Source: Chiloscyllium plagiosum
Taxonomy: Eukaryota
Assembly: GCF_004010195.1 (NCBI RefSeq)
Contig: NC_057757.1
Coordinates: 8,753,014 to 8,817,013, forward strand
Direction: 5' to 3'
DNA: 64,000 nt
In this document: one piece after another, positions 1-11,569 of the stretch
Layout of the letters: every line of letters begins with the position of its first letter
Numbering within the stretch: position 1 is the first letter of the stretch
The notes under the pieces: model-generated
Seen by the model: only the letters and a program-made list of their open reading frames with translations
What the model was told of the DNA's origin: nothing
Database searches by the model: none
Position numbers and translations under genes: made by a program

Positions 1-294
1 ATGAACTGTTAGGTTTATTGATGTGGAGCTACTGGTCATAGAGATGTTCTGTCAGGGTTAATGATGTGGAGGTGCTGATCATAGGGATGAACTGTCAGGG
101 TTAATGAAGAGGAGGTGTTGATCATGGACTCATAGAGGTGTACTGTCAGGACTAATGATGCGGGGATGCTGATCACTGGTTTGTACTCTCAGTGTTAATG
201 ATGTGAAGTTGATGATTGTCAGGATGTACTGCCAGGGTTAATGATGTGGAGTTTCTGATCGTAGGGATGAACTGTTAGGGTTATTGATGTGGAG

Positions 295-833
295 AAAGTG
301 AGGTCTGCAGATGCTGGAGATCAAAGTTGAAACTTTATTGCTGGAACAGCACAGCAGGTCAGGCAGCATCCAGGGAACAGGAGATTCGACGTTTCGGGCA
401 CAGGCCCTTCTTCAGGAATGAGCAGAGAGTGTTCAGCAGGAGAAGATAAAAGGTAGGGAGGAGGGACTTGGAGGAGGGGCTTTGGAAATAAGATAGGTGG
501 AAAGAGGTCAAGGTGAGGGTGATAGGTCGGAGTAGGATGGAGGCGGAGAGGTCAAGAAGAAGACTGCAGGTCAGGAAGGCGGTGCCGGGCTGGAGGGATT
601 CGGCTGAGACAAGGTGGGGGGAGGGGGGATGAAGAAACTGGTGAAGTCCAAGTTCATCCCCTGTGGTTGGAGGGTTCCCAGTCGGAAGATAAGACGCTCC
701 TCCTCCGACCGTCGGGTTGTTGTGGTTTGGCGGTGGATGAGTCCAATGACCTGCATATCCTCGGTGGAGTGGGAGGGGGAGTTGAAATGCTGTGCTACAG
801 GGTGGTTGGGTTGGTTCGTCCGGGTGGCCCAGG
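295..833 (-). mobile_element. 5'-truncated Penelope-like retroelement (GIY-YIG C-terminus plus terminal repeat) inserted in satellite A
   Basis: Minus ORF 571-756 ends in EERLIFRLGTLQPQGMNLDF, typical of the Penelope endonuclease C-terminus. Flanked by a 12-bp direct repeat ATTGATGTGGAG (283-294, 834-845). Confidence 0.88.
384..419 (-). ncRNA. Minimal type I hammerhead ribozyme motif in Penelope terminus
   Basis: Minus strand reads AUUC-CUGAAGA-A-GGGC-CUGU-GCCC-GAAA-CGUC-GAAU: both core boxes, 4-bp stem II, 4-bp helix I (AUUC/GAAU), GUC cleavage triplet and palindromic ACGU helix III. Confidence 0.8.
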
Positions 834-2244
834 ATTGATGTGGAGCTACTGGTCATAGAGATGTTCTGTCAGGGTTAATGATGTGGAGGTGCTGAACATA
901 GGGATGAACTTTCAGGGTTAATGAAGTGGAGGTGCTGATCATAGTGTTGTAATATCAGGATTAGTGTGTGGAGGCGCTGAGCATTGAGATGTCCTGTCAG
1001 GGTTCGTGATGTGCAGGTCATGATGGTAGGGATGTACTGGCATAGTTAATGATGTGGAGGTGCAGATCATTGGGATGTACTGTCAAGGTTACTGATGTGG
1101 AGGTGCTGGTCATAAGGTTGTATTGTCAGGGTTAGTGATGTGTAGGTGATGATCATAGGGATGTACTGTCAGGGTGAATTATGAGGAGGTGATGGTCATA
1201 GAGATGTACTGTCAGGTTTAATGATGTGGAGGTGCTACGCACAGAGATGTCTTGTCAGTGTTAATGATGTGGAGATGATGATCATAGAGATGTGCTATCA
1301 GTCTGAATGATGTGGAGATGATGATCATAGACATGTACTGTCAGGGTAACTGATGTCCAGGGGCTGGTCAGATACACTGTTAGGGTTAATGATGTGGATG
1401 TGCTGGTCTCGAGATGAACTGTCAGGGATAATGATGTCGAGGTGCTGGTCATAAACATTTACTGTCAGGGTTAATGATGTGGAAATGATGATCATAGAGA
1501 TGTACTGTCAGGGTTAATGATGTGGAGGTGCTGATCATAGACTCGGACATGTCCTGTCAGGGTTAATGATGTGTAGGTGCTGATCATGGAGATGTGCTGT
1601 CAGGATTAATGGTGTTTAGGTGCTCTGTCATAGAGATGTCCTGTCAGGGCTAATGATGTGTCGGTGCTCTGTCATTGAGATACGCTGTCAGGGTGAATGG
1701 TATGGAGGTGCTGTTCACAGAGTCATAGAGATGTACTGTCTGGGTTATTGATGTGGCGATGCTGATCTTAGTGATATACTGTCAGGATTGGTGATGTGGA
1801 TGTGCAGGTCATAGAAATACACTGTCAGGTTTAATGGTATGAAGTTGCTGGTCATAGAGTCATAGGAATGTACTGTCAGGGTTAATGTTGTGGAGGTGCT
1901 GATCATAGTGATGTAGTTTCAGCGTTAATGCTGTTGAGATGATCACCATAGAGATGTTCTGTCAGAGTTAATGATTTGGAAATGCTGGTCATAAACTCAG
2001 AGATGTGCTGTCCGGGCTAATGATTTGGAGGCGCTGGTCGGAGAGATGTACTGTCAGTGTTAATGATGCGCAGTTGTTCGTAATGTAGACGTCCTGTGGG
2101 GGTTAATGATGTGGAGGTGTTGGTCGTAGATTCACAGAGATATACTGTCCAGGTTAATGATGTGGAGGTGCTGCTCATATGGATTTACTGTCAGGGTTAA
2201 TGATGAGGAGATATTGGGCAAAGCAATGTACTATCAGGGTTAAT

Positions 2245-2455
2245 GATGTGGATGTGTTGTTGGAATGCGGTGGGCAATGTTTTAAAATAACACAACACCT
2301 TGTTATAGTCCAACAGGTCGGTTTAAAAATTTTTGCCTTTATTTGTGTCTCCTATGATTCTGCCCCACTCGCTACGCGATGAAGGAGCAGTGCACTGACA
2401 GCTTGTACTTACAGATAAACCTGTTGGACAATAAGCTGATGTTGTGTGAGTTTAA
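2245..2455. mobile_element. Short Penelope-related element with ~35-bp inverted repeats and a decayed hammerhead motif (copy 1)
   Basis: AAATAACACAACACCTTGTTATAGTCCAACAGGT (~2285-2318) is the imperfect reverse complement of ACCTGTTGGACAATAAGCTGATGTTGTGTGAGTTT (~2419-2453). Related to 7872-8072 and 47041-47220. Confidence 0.65.
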
Positions 2456-2866
2456 TAGCGTGAACGAAGCAACTCATACGAACAAAAGATTCTGCCTGTA
2501 CACTGAGTACTCACTTTTGAACACATTAAGTTTGAAAAATAAAATATCAGATTGATTGTATACAATGAAGAATCATTTTTAGATATTTGTGAGCCTGTTC
2601 AGTTAGATTTCAATCAGGTTTAATGATGTGAAGGTGATTGATTATCGGGATGAATTGTCAGGTTTAATGATGTGGAGATTCTAATGATAGGGATGAAGTG
2701 TCAGAGTTATTGATGTGGAGCTGCTGGTCATAGAGATGTTCTGTCGGGGTTAATGATGTGGAGGTGCTGATCATAGGGATGAACTGTCAAGGTGAATTAT
2801 GTGGAGATGATGGTCATAGAGATGTACTGTCAGGGATAATGATGTGGAGGTGCTGGTCATAGAGAT

Positions 2867-3053
2867 TTCCACCCCATCCCACCCCCCCACCTTTCATCTC
2901 ATCCCGCTTGGCACACCAGCCTCATTCCTGAAGAAGGGCTTATGCCAGAAAAGTCGATTCTCCTGCTCCTCGGTTGCTACCTGGCCTGCTGCGCTTTTCC
3001 AGCACCACACTTTTCAACTCTGGTCTTCAGCGTCTGCAGTCCTCACTTTCTCC
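2867..3053 (+). mobile_element. Penelope terminal fragment inserted in satellite A
   Basis: CATTCCTGAAGAAGGGCTTATGCCAGAAAAGTCGATTC...GCAGTCCTCACTTTCTCC, same family as 295-833 in opposite orientation; hammerhead core mutated. Confidence 0.85.
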
Positions 3054-6000
3054 ATGTACTGTTAGGGATCATAATGTGGAGGTGCTGATCATAGAGATTT
3101 ACTGCTAGGAATAATGATATGGAGGTGCTGATCAAAGGAATGTATTCTCAGGGTTAATGATATGGAGGTGATTATCATGGATTCAAAGAGATGCACTGTC
3201 TGGGCTAATGATGTGGATGTGCTGATCATAGGGTTGAACTGTCAGAGTTAATGATCTGGAGGTGCTGGTCATAGAGATGCACTGACAGGGTTAATGATGT
3301 GGAGGTGCTGATCATAGGGTTGTACTGTCCACGTTAATGCTGTGGAGTTGCTGGTCATAGGGATGTACTGTCAGGGCTGCTGATGTGGAAGTGCTAAACA
3401 TAAGGATGTACTGTCATGGCTAATGATGTGGAGGTGCTGATCATAGTTTTGTACTGTCAGGGTTACTATTGTGGAGGAGCTGACTATAGGGTTGTATTGA
3501 CAGGGATAATGATGTGCATGTGCTGTTCACAGGGATGTACTGTCAAGATTAATGATGTGGGTTTCAAGATCATAGGAAATGATGTGGAGGTGCTGATCAA
3601 AGGGACGTACTGTCAGGGTGAATGATTTGGAGGTGCTGATCACAGGGATGTACAGACAGAGTTAATGATGTGAAGGTGCTGATCATAGAGATGCACTCTG
3701 AGGGAAAACGCTGTGGAGGTGCAGGTCATAGGGATGTACTTGCAGGGTTAACGATGTGGAGGTGATGATCATGGATTCATAGAGATGCACTGTCAGGGCT
3801 ACTGGTGTGGAGGTGCTGATCATAGGGATGCACTGACAGGGTTAATGATGTGGAGGTGCTGATCAAAGGGTTGTACTGCCCGCGTTAATTCTGTGGAGGT
3901 GCTGGTGATAAGGATGTACTGTCAGGGCTGCTGATGTGGAAGAGCTAAACATAAAGATGGACTGTCAGGGCTACTGATGTGGATGTGCTGATCATGGATT
4001 CATAGAGATGTACTGTCATGGCTAATGATTTGGAGGTGCTGATCATAGGGATGCACTGACATGGTTAATGATGTGGAGGTTCTGGTCATCGTGATGTACT
4101 GTCAGGGTGAATGATGTGGAGCTGCTGCTCATAGGGTGGTATTGGTAGGGTTAATGATGTGGAGGTGCTGGTTATAGAGGTGCCCTCTCAAGGTTAATGG
4201 TGTGAAGGTGCTAATCATAGGGTTGTACAGACAGGGTTACTATTGTGGAGGAGCTGATGATAGGCATGTACTGACAGGGATAGTGATGTGCATGTGCTGT
4301 TCACAGGGATGTACTGTCAAGGTTAATGATGTGGATTTGAAGGTCATAGGAAATTATGTGGAGGTGCTGATCAAAGGGACGTACTGTCAGAGTTAATGAT
4401 GTGGAGGTGCTGTTCACAGAGATGTACACTCAGGGCTAATGATGTGGACGTGCTGATCATAGGGATGTATTGGCTGGGTTAATAATGTGGAGGTGCTGAT
4501 CATAGAAATGTACATTCAGGGCTAATGATGTGGAGGTGCTGATCATAGAACTCTACAGTCAGGGCTAATGATGTGGAGGTGCTGATCATAGGGATGTTCT
4601 GTCAGGGTTATTGATGTGGAGATGCTGATAAGGTGATGTACTGTTAAGGTATTGACATTCGGGTGCACATCATGGAGATGTACTGTCAGGATTAATGATG
4701 TGCAGGTGCTGATCATAGGGATGTACTGTTAGGGATCATAATGTAGAGGTGCTGATCATAGGGATTTACTGTCAGGGCTAATGATTTGGAGGTGCTGATC
4801 ATAGAGATGTACTGTCAGGTCTAATGATGTGGAGGTGATGATCATAGGGATGTTCTGTCATGGTAAATGATGTGTAGGTGCTTATCGTAGGGATGTTCTG
4901 TCAGTTTTAATGATGTGGAGGTGCTGGTCATAGAGATGTACTGTCAGGGTTAATAATGTGGAGGTGCTGGTCATAGTTTTGTACTCTCAGAGTTAATGAT
5001 GTGGAGGGGCTAATCATAGGGATGTACAGTCAGGGCTAATGATGTGGAGGGGCTGATCGTAGGGATATATTGTCAGAATTAACGATGTGGAGCTACTGAA
5101 CATAGGGATGTAATGTCAGGGTTAATAATGTGGAGGAGCTGATCATAGGGTTGTACTGTCAGGGTTAAGGCTGTGGAGTTGCTGATCATAGAGATGTGCT
5201 GGTCATAGAGATGATCTGTCAGGGTTAATGATATGGCGGAGCTGGTCATTGAGATGTTCTGTAAGGGCTAATGATGTGGAATGCTGATCATCGATTCATC
5301 GAGATGTACTGTCAGGGCTAATGATGTGAATGTGCTGGTCATAGATTTATAGAGATGTACTGTAAGTGTTAATGATGTGGAGGTGCTGATCATAGTGATG
5401 TACTGTCAGGGTTAATGATGTGGAGATGATGATCATCGAGATGTACTGTCAGGGTTAATGTTGTGGAGGTGCTGGTCATAGAGATTTGCTGTCCGGGTCA
5501 TGATGTGGAGGTGCTCTGTCAGCGAGATGTACTCTCAGGTTAGATGATGTGGAGGTGCTGATCAGAGAGATGTACTGTCCGGTTTAATGATGTGAAGCTA
5601 TTGGTCATATAGTGGTAGAGGTGCGCTGTCAGGGTAAGTAACGTGGAGGTATTGGTCAGAGAATCATGAAGATGTACTTTCACGGTTAATGGTGTGGAGG
5701 TCCTGGTCATAGAGATGTACTGTCAGGTTTAATGATGTGGAGGTGCTGGTCATAGCCTCAGATATGTACTGTCATAATTAATGATGCGGAGGTGCTGTTC
5801 ATAGAAATGTACTGTCAGGATTAATGATGTGGAGCTCCTGGTCATAGAGAGGTACTGTCAGGATTAATGATGTGGAGCTGCTGGTCATAGAGATGTACTG
5901 TCAGGATTAATGATGCGGAGCTCCTGGTCATAGAGAGGTACTGTCAGGATTAATGTTGTGGAGTTGCTGGTCATAGAGAGGTACTGTCAACGTTAACGAT

Positions 6001-7871
6001 GTGGAGGTGCTGGTCATAGAGATGTACTGTTAGGGTTAATGATGTGGAGATGCAGGTCATAGTTGCACTGACAGGGTTAATGATGTGGAGTTGCTCTGTC
6101 ATAGCAACATGCGTCATGGTTGATGATGTGGAGGTACTGGTCATAGAAATGTACTGTCAGGGCTAATGATGTAGTGGTGCTGATCATAGAGATGTACTAT
6201 CAGGATAAATGATGTGGAGCTCCTGGTCATAGAGATGTACTGTCAGGGCTAATGATGTAGTGGTGCTGATCATAGAGATGTACTATCAGGATAAATGATT
6301 TGGAGCTCCTGGTCATAGAGACGTAGTGTCACGATAAATGATGTGGAGGTGCTGATCATAGAGATGTACTGTCAGTGTTAGTGATGTGGAGATACTGATC
6401 AAAGGGATATACAGTCAGAGTTCTTGATGTGGAGATGCTGATCATAGAAATGTACAGTCAGGGCTAATGATGTGGAAGTGCTGATCATAGGGATGTAGTG
6501 TCAGGGCTAATGGTTTGAAGGTGCTGTTCATAGGGATGTTCTGTCTTGGTTAATGATGTGGAGATGCTGATTAGGGGGATGTACTCTAAGGGTCAGTGAT
6601 GTTCGGGTGCTCATCTTGGAGTTGTACAGTCAGGGTTAATGATGTCCAGGTGCTGATCATCGAGATGTACAGTCAGTTACTGGTGTAGAGATGCTCATCA
6701 TGCTGATGTACAGTCAGGCTTAATGATGTGGAGATGATAATCATAGAAAAGTACAGTCAGGGCTATGATTTGAAGGTGCTGATCATAGGTATGTTCTGTC
6801 TGGGTTAATGATGTGGAGGTGCTGATCGTAAGGATGTACTGTCAGGTTTATTGATGTGATGGTGCTGATCATAGGTATGTACTGTCAGTGTTAGTGATGT
6901 GGAGATGCTGATCAAAGGGATGTACTATTAGAGTCAGTGATGTGGAGGTGCTAAGCATGGAGATGTACTGTCAGTGTTTATGATGTGGAGGTGCTGATCG
7001 AAAGGATGTACTGTCAGGGATAATAATGTGGAGGTGCTGATCATAGGTATTTACTGTCAGAGATAATGATTTGGATGTGCTGATCATAGAGACGTTCTGT
7101 CAGGTTTAATGATATGGAGTTGCTGGTCATAGGTATTTACTGTCAGGGTTAATGATGTGGAGGTGCTGATCAGAGATGTACTGTCAGGGTTAATGATGTG
7201 GAGTTGCTGGTCAGAGATGTACTGTCAGGGTTAATGATGTGGAGTTGCTGGTCATAGACATTTACTGTCAGTGTTAATGATGTGGAGATGCTGGTCATTC
7301 ACTCAGACATGTCCTGTCAGTGTTAATGATGTGTTGGTGCTCATCATAGAGATGTGCTTTCAGGGTTAATGTGTGGAGGTGCTCTGTCATAGAGATGTGC
7401 TGTCAGGTTTAATTGTATGGAGGTGCTGGTCATCGAGTCATAGAGATGTAATGTCAGGGTTAATAATGTGGAGGTGCAGGCCATAGAGATGTGCTGTCAG
7501 GGTTAATGATGTGAAGTTGCTGGTCATAGAGTCAGAGATGTATTGTCCAGGCTAATGGTGTGGAGGTGCTGGTCATAGTGATGTAGACTCAGTGTTAATG
7601 ATGTTGAGATGCTGACCATAGAGATGTTCTGTCAGAATTAATGACGTGGAAATGCTGGTCATAAACTCAGAGATGTACTTTCCGGGCTAACGATGTGGAG
7701 GTGCTGGTCGTAGAAATGTACTGTCAGTGTTAATGATGCGGAGGTGTTGGTCGTAGAGTCATAGAGATATTCTGTCCAGGTTAATGATGTAGAGGTGTTG
7801 CTCATAGGGATGTTCTGTCAGGATTAGTGATGTGGAGGTGTTGGGCAATGCAATGTACTGTCCGGGTTAAT

Positions 7872-8072
7872 GATGTGGAGGTGTTGTTGTTGGAATGCGG
7901 TGGACAATGTTGAAAATAACACAGCACCTTATTATAGTCTGACCGGTTACTCGCCTTTATTTGTGTTTCCTATGACTCTGTCCCACTCGCTACCTGATAA
8001 AGGAGCAATGCATTGAGAGCTTGTACTTACAGATAAACCTGTTGGACTATAAGCTGATGTTGTGTGATTTTA
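7872..8072. mobile_element. Short Penelope-related inverted-repeat element (copy 2, duplicated with copy 1)
   Basis: Colinear with 2245-2455; contains CCTGATAAAGGAGCAATGCATTGAGAGCTT (decayed hammerhead) and AAACCTGTTGGACTATAAGCTGATGTTGTGTGATTTT. Confidence 0.65.
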
Positions 8073-9079
8073 ATAGGGTGAATGAAGCAACTCATATGAG
8101 CAACAAGATTCTGCCTGTACACTGACTACTCACTTTTGAACACATTAAGATTGAAAAATAAAATATCTGATTGATTGTACACAATGAAGAATTATTTTTA
8201 GACATTTGTGAGCCTGTTCAGTTACATTTCAATCATTTGCAAAAAGAGAAAAAAGGGCATTGGTCTGAAAATGTTGAAATATAGAAAGCGTTAATTTCAT
8301 GTAATTTCATGATTGTTTTGCGGCTCAAATTTATTTTAACCTTGAAGCGATTTGACCCATTGATCCCCCTTCCCCATTGCAACAGAAGCTATTGGAACTA
8401 TTCAGTGTTTCCAGCAGCTTCTGTGATTATTTCAGTTTCACAGCGGGAGCATTATGTCACTTTTTGAGTCATAAAACCCCCTCATTCCTGTTCTTAAATC
8501 AATGTTTAATTTTGAGATGGGAGGCAGCAGAGGGGAAAGCTTACGGGAGTAATGCTACCCAGTTCCACAGTGCAATTCACAGTGATCAGCGGGCAGCAAT
8601 TTGATAGATCTGTTTTATCACAGAATGAAACACTCAGATACGTTTTTGAGAAATTTAATGATGAATCTCATTCAATTCACCTTGGGGATTTTTCCATTAA
8701 AAATCGATTTAAAACTGCAACGGTATGGCAGCTCGGGTCAACTGCTTAGAAGTTAACCACCTCTGTACAATTACCACCCTGCCATGCATAGCCTTGCTAT
8801 TCCCAAACACATTTAACAAGAACCTGATCAAGGCTATTGAATGGGGCTGAAATAAAAACAAACTGTTAAGTTCTGAAAAAGATTCACTTGGTACTGAAGC
8901 ATGCCTCTGCTTTATCCCCACAGATGCTGCCAGACCTGAAGAGTTTCAACAACAGTTTCTATGCTGTCTTTCAGATTTCCAGTATCTGTAGTTCCAAATG
9001 GACCTGATATGGAGCCATTCAAGGTTATATTGTGTCAAGTGACAGTCCACCTCACTTATAGCGGCAGACATGAAGGTAC

Positions 9080-9660
9080 ATAGAATCATAAAATCCCAAC
9101 AATGTGGAAACAGGCCATTTGCACCATCAGGTCCAATCTGATGCTGTGATAATCCCGCCTAGAGTCAGCCCCTACTCTAATCCTCTAACCTTGCCTTTGA
9201 TTAGATTACATTACAGTGTGGAAACAGGCCCTTCGGCCCAACAAGTCCACACCGACCCGCCAAAGCGCAACCTACCTATGCTCCTACATTTACACCTTAC
9301 CTAACACTATGGGCAATTTAGCATGGCCAATTCACCTGACCTGCACATCTTTGGACTGTGGGAGGAAACCGGAGCACCCGGAGGAAACCCACGCAGACAC
9401 GGGGAGAACGTGCAAACTCCACACAGTCAGTCACCCGAGGCGGCAATTGAACCCAGGTCTCTGGCGCTGTGAGGCAGCAGTGCTAACCACTGTGCCACCG
9501 TGCCGCCCAGCTAATCTACCAAACGGACACATCCCTGGACACATCCCTGGGCATCATCATGGCCATTCCACCTGACCTGCACTACTTTGGACTGTGGAAG
9601 CACTCAGACGAAACCCACGCAGACATGCAGAGAATATGCAAACTCAACACAGACAGTCTT
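9080..9660 (-). mobile_element. Older HE1-like SINE split by a nested younger HE1 copy
   Basis: Tail at 9080-9197 and body at 9509-9660 (CCACCTGACCTGCACTACTTTGGACTGTGG) flank the young copy. Confidence 0.7.
9199..9508 (-). mobile_element. HE1 / V-SINE, full-length young copy
   Basis: Minus strand starts GGGCGGCACGGTGGCACAGTGGTTAGCACTGCTGCCTCACAGC, with A box (TGGCACAGTGG), B-box-like GGTTCAATTGCC and V-domain GTGTGGAGTTTGCACGTTCTCCCCGTGTCTGCGTGGGTTTCCTCCGG. Confidence 0.92.
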
Positions 9661-10489
9661 AAATCAGGCAGGGGCCTGAGTAATTGGAGAGGTTTAGAGA
9701 CAGAGTCCACACTTTTAGACCAGCGTGTGAATGATGGGCCCAACAGCCTAATTCCAGCGCTGTAAACACTCTACAGCACGATGACTCCCGACGTGCAACA
9801 TCCATCACATTTTGCATTTTGTTTTATTATTGACGTTATTATTGACTTCATTCTGAAAGAGATGCATGGAGAGTCGTACATGCAGTCAGATCTGTGTATT
9901 GTTGGGTTGAGGTGCATTGCATACAGCAACAATATCTGAGAGCGGATTGACTTCCTGCCCCTTACAGACTCAATTGTAACATATTATTTCCTGATGAATT
10001 TCACTTGGTTTAAAATGTTTTACTTTTAATATATTTTCATCACAGTACATTGACGCCCTTAGCACGTTATAAATTTCGACAGAGCAGTACCTTGTTTCTC
10101 TTTAAATAAACAGAATATGAACGTATCGGATTGGAGACCATATCCTCTCGCAGAAAGAGTAAAAGGTAGACAGCATTCCCTCTGAAAAATATATAGCCCT
10201 TGCTGAGAAAACTGACAAGGTAAGCAGAATCTACAGAAAGGAGAGAAGGGTGTGGTCAGCTGCTGGCAGGAGAAAGGTTAACCCATGTGTTATGGGGGGT
10301 AGGGGGTTTTAGGAGAACAGAATAAAGTTAGGGAAGTAATAATTTCTGAGCAATTGGAATGAGGGTGGTTCTGAACAATAAATTAGATGGTTTGTAATAG
10401 TGTGGAGGCTGAAGATGTTTAATAACAAACGGTTTCATGGAACAAAATGATTGGGAATTGGTTCAGTTAGAATTCACCTGTTCAGGAAA

Positions 10490-10935
10490 TTGGAGAAGGA
10501 GCAGACCGCACAGACTGTTCAAACTGTTCCATCTGTTCGACCAGTCAACCCAATCAGAGCTGATTTTAGGTTTCAAAACCGGTGTCCTGTCCACTCCCCA
10601 TATGCCATGATTCCCTGAGACACCAGCAATCCGTCTATTCCAATCTGATATTTATTTCATGATGGCGCATCCACTTTCCTCTGGAATTAAGAATATTAAA
10701 GATTCAGAGGCCTTTGAGTAAAGTGCTGTCTCCTCATATTTGTCATAAATAATCTGCTCTTTATTCTGAGACAGTATTCTTTTTGTTTAAGATTCCCAGG
10801 CTTGTCGGAACAAGTTCCGAGCATTCAAGCACCTGCTTCTTCAGAATTATTTACATTCCAATGTAACTGCCTTTCAACTTGCTAAAATATAGACCCAATT
10901 TATTCCAATACTCAGCATTGGAGCATCCTGTCTGC
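10490..10935 (-). mobile_element. Degraded CR1 LINE 3' fragment
   Basis: Resembles the reverse complement of the CR1 3' ends at 37600-37960 and 54790-55200; heavily diverged. Confidence 0.55.
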
Positions 10936-10959
10936 CAAATAGTGAATCTTATCTTTTAT

Positions 10960-11320
10960 GAATCATTAATGTGCATGGGCCATTGCTGGCTGTGACACAG
11001 TTGCTCTGCTGAGGAGCAGGTGAGTTTGGTTGGCTAAATCCACAATGATGAAAGGGAAGGAGTTTCAGGATTTTTCACCTAATGTCACTTGTAGTGTTGA
11101 GATGTTTTTCCAAGCCAGGGTGGCAAGTGGCTTGATGTGGAATTGTCAACTGGTAGTGCTCCCGTTTATCTGCTCTGCTTGGCACTCCAGGTGATCATGC
11201 CGTGGGTCTGGAAGCTGCTCTATGAGGAACCTTGGTGAATTTCTGCAGTGCATCTTGTCTATGGTACACACTGCTGCCAGTGAGTGTTGGTGGTGGAGAC
11301 AGGGAATGTTTATAGTTGTG
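10960..11320 (-). mobile_element. L2/CR1-clade LINE 3' fragment
   Basis: Colinear with 44585-45000 and 54390-54780 (GGTGAATTTCTGCAGTGCATCTTGTCTATGGTACACACTGCTGCCAGTGAG). Confidence 0.7.
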
Positions 11321-11569
11321 ATTCCGAGAAAGTGGCACAGCAAGTTTATTCTACTTAAACATGGAGAGCACAATTGTTCTGTTATACAAGTCTGTTAATT
11401 GTGCAAATGTCCATGAGATTTTAAACAAGTTCACATCTTACCTGACAATAGGCTGAGGGACATCACGTGACTGTTTCGAAATTTCATCTCAAAAATCTGG
11501 GAATGAGCTGATTGACAAAGATTGTGTTATAGATGGTTAATCTCAGCGCAGTGTAAGTTACAGCACACA

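Larger units (their letters stand above)
1..7885. repeat. Minisatellite array A, 43-bp unit (TCAGGGTTAATGATGTGGAGGTGCTGATCATAGAGATGTACTG), diverged, with higher-order duplications
   Basis: Unit recurs continuously (ACTGTCA at 1461 and 1504, 43-bp period). Some units carry an extra ~8-9-nt GAGTCATA/GATTCATA-like insert. Interrupted at 295-833, ~2262-2616 and 2867-3053. Confidence 0.97.

Noticed and set aside
359..856. 165-aa Pro-rich minus ORF
   Set aside because: Alternative frame over the Penelope 3' end and UTR, starting inside the satellite.
2179..4396. Short ORFs in satellite A (and 62272-63987 in satellite B)
   Set aside because: Translations of 43-bp and 40-bp repeats; periods are not multiples of 3 and stops are frequent.
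1..7885. CRISPR-like appearance of regular ~40-bp repeats (also 59070-64000)
   Set aside because: Units are head-to-tail with no unique spacers, there are no cas genes, and the context is a vertebrate genome.
9430..9508. tRNA gene candidates (also ~13050-13118, 41803-41870, 43235-43325)
   Set aside because: These are tRNA-derived SINE heads continuous with SINE bodies; no full cloverleaf seen.
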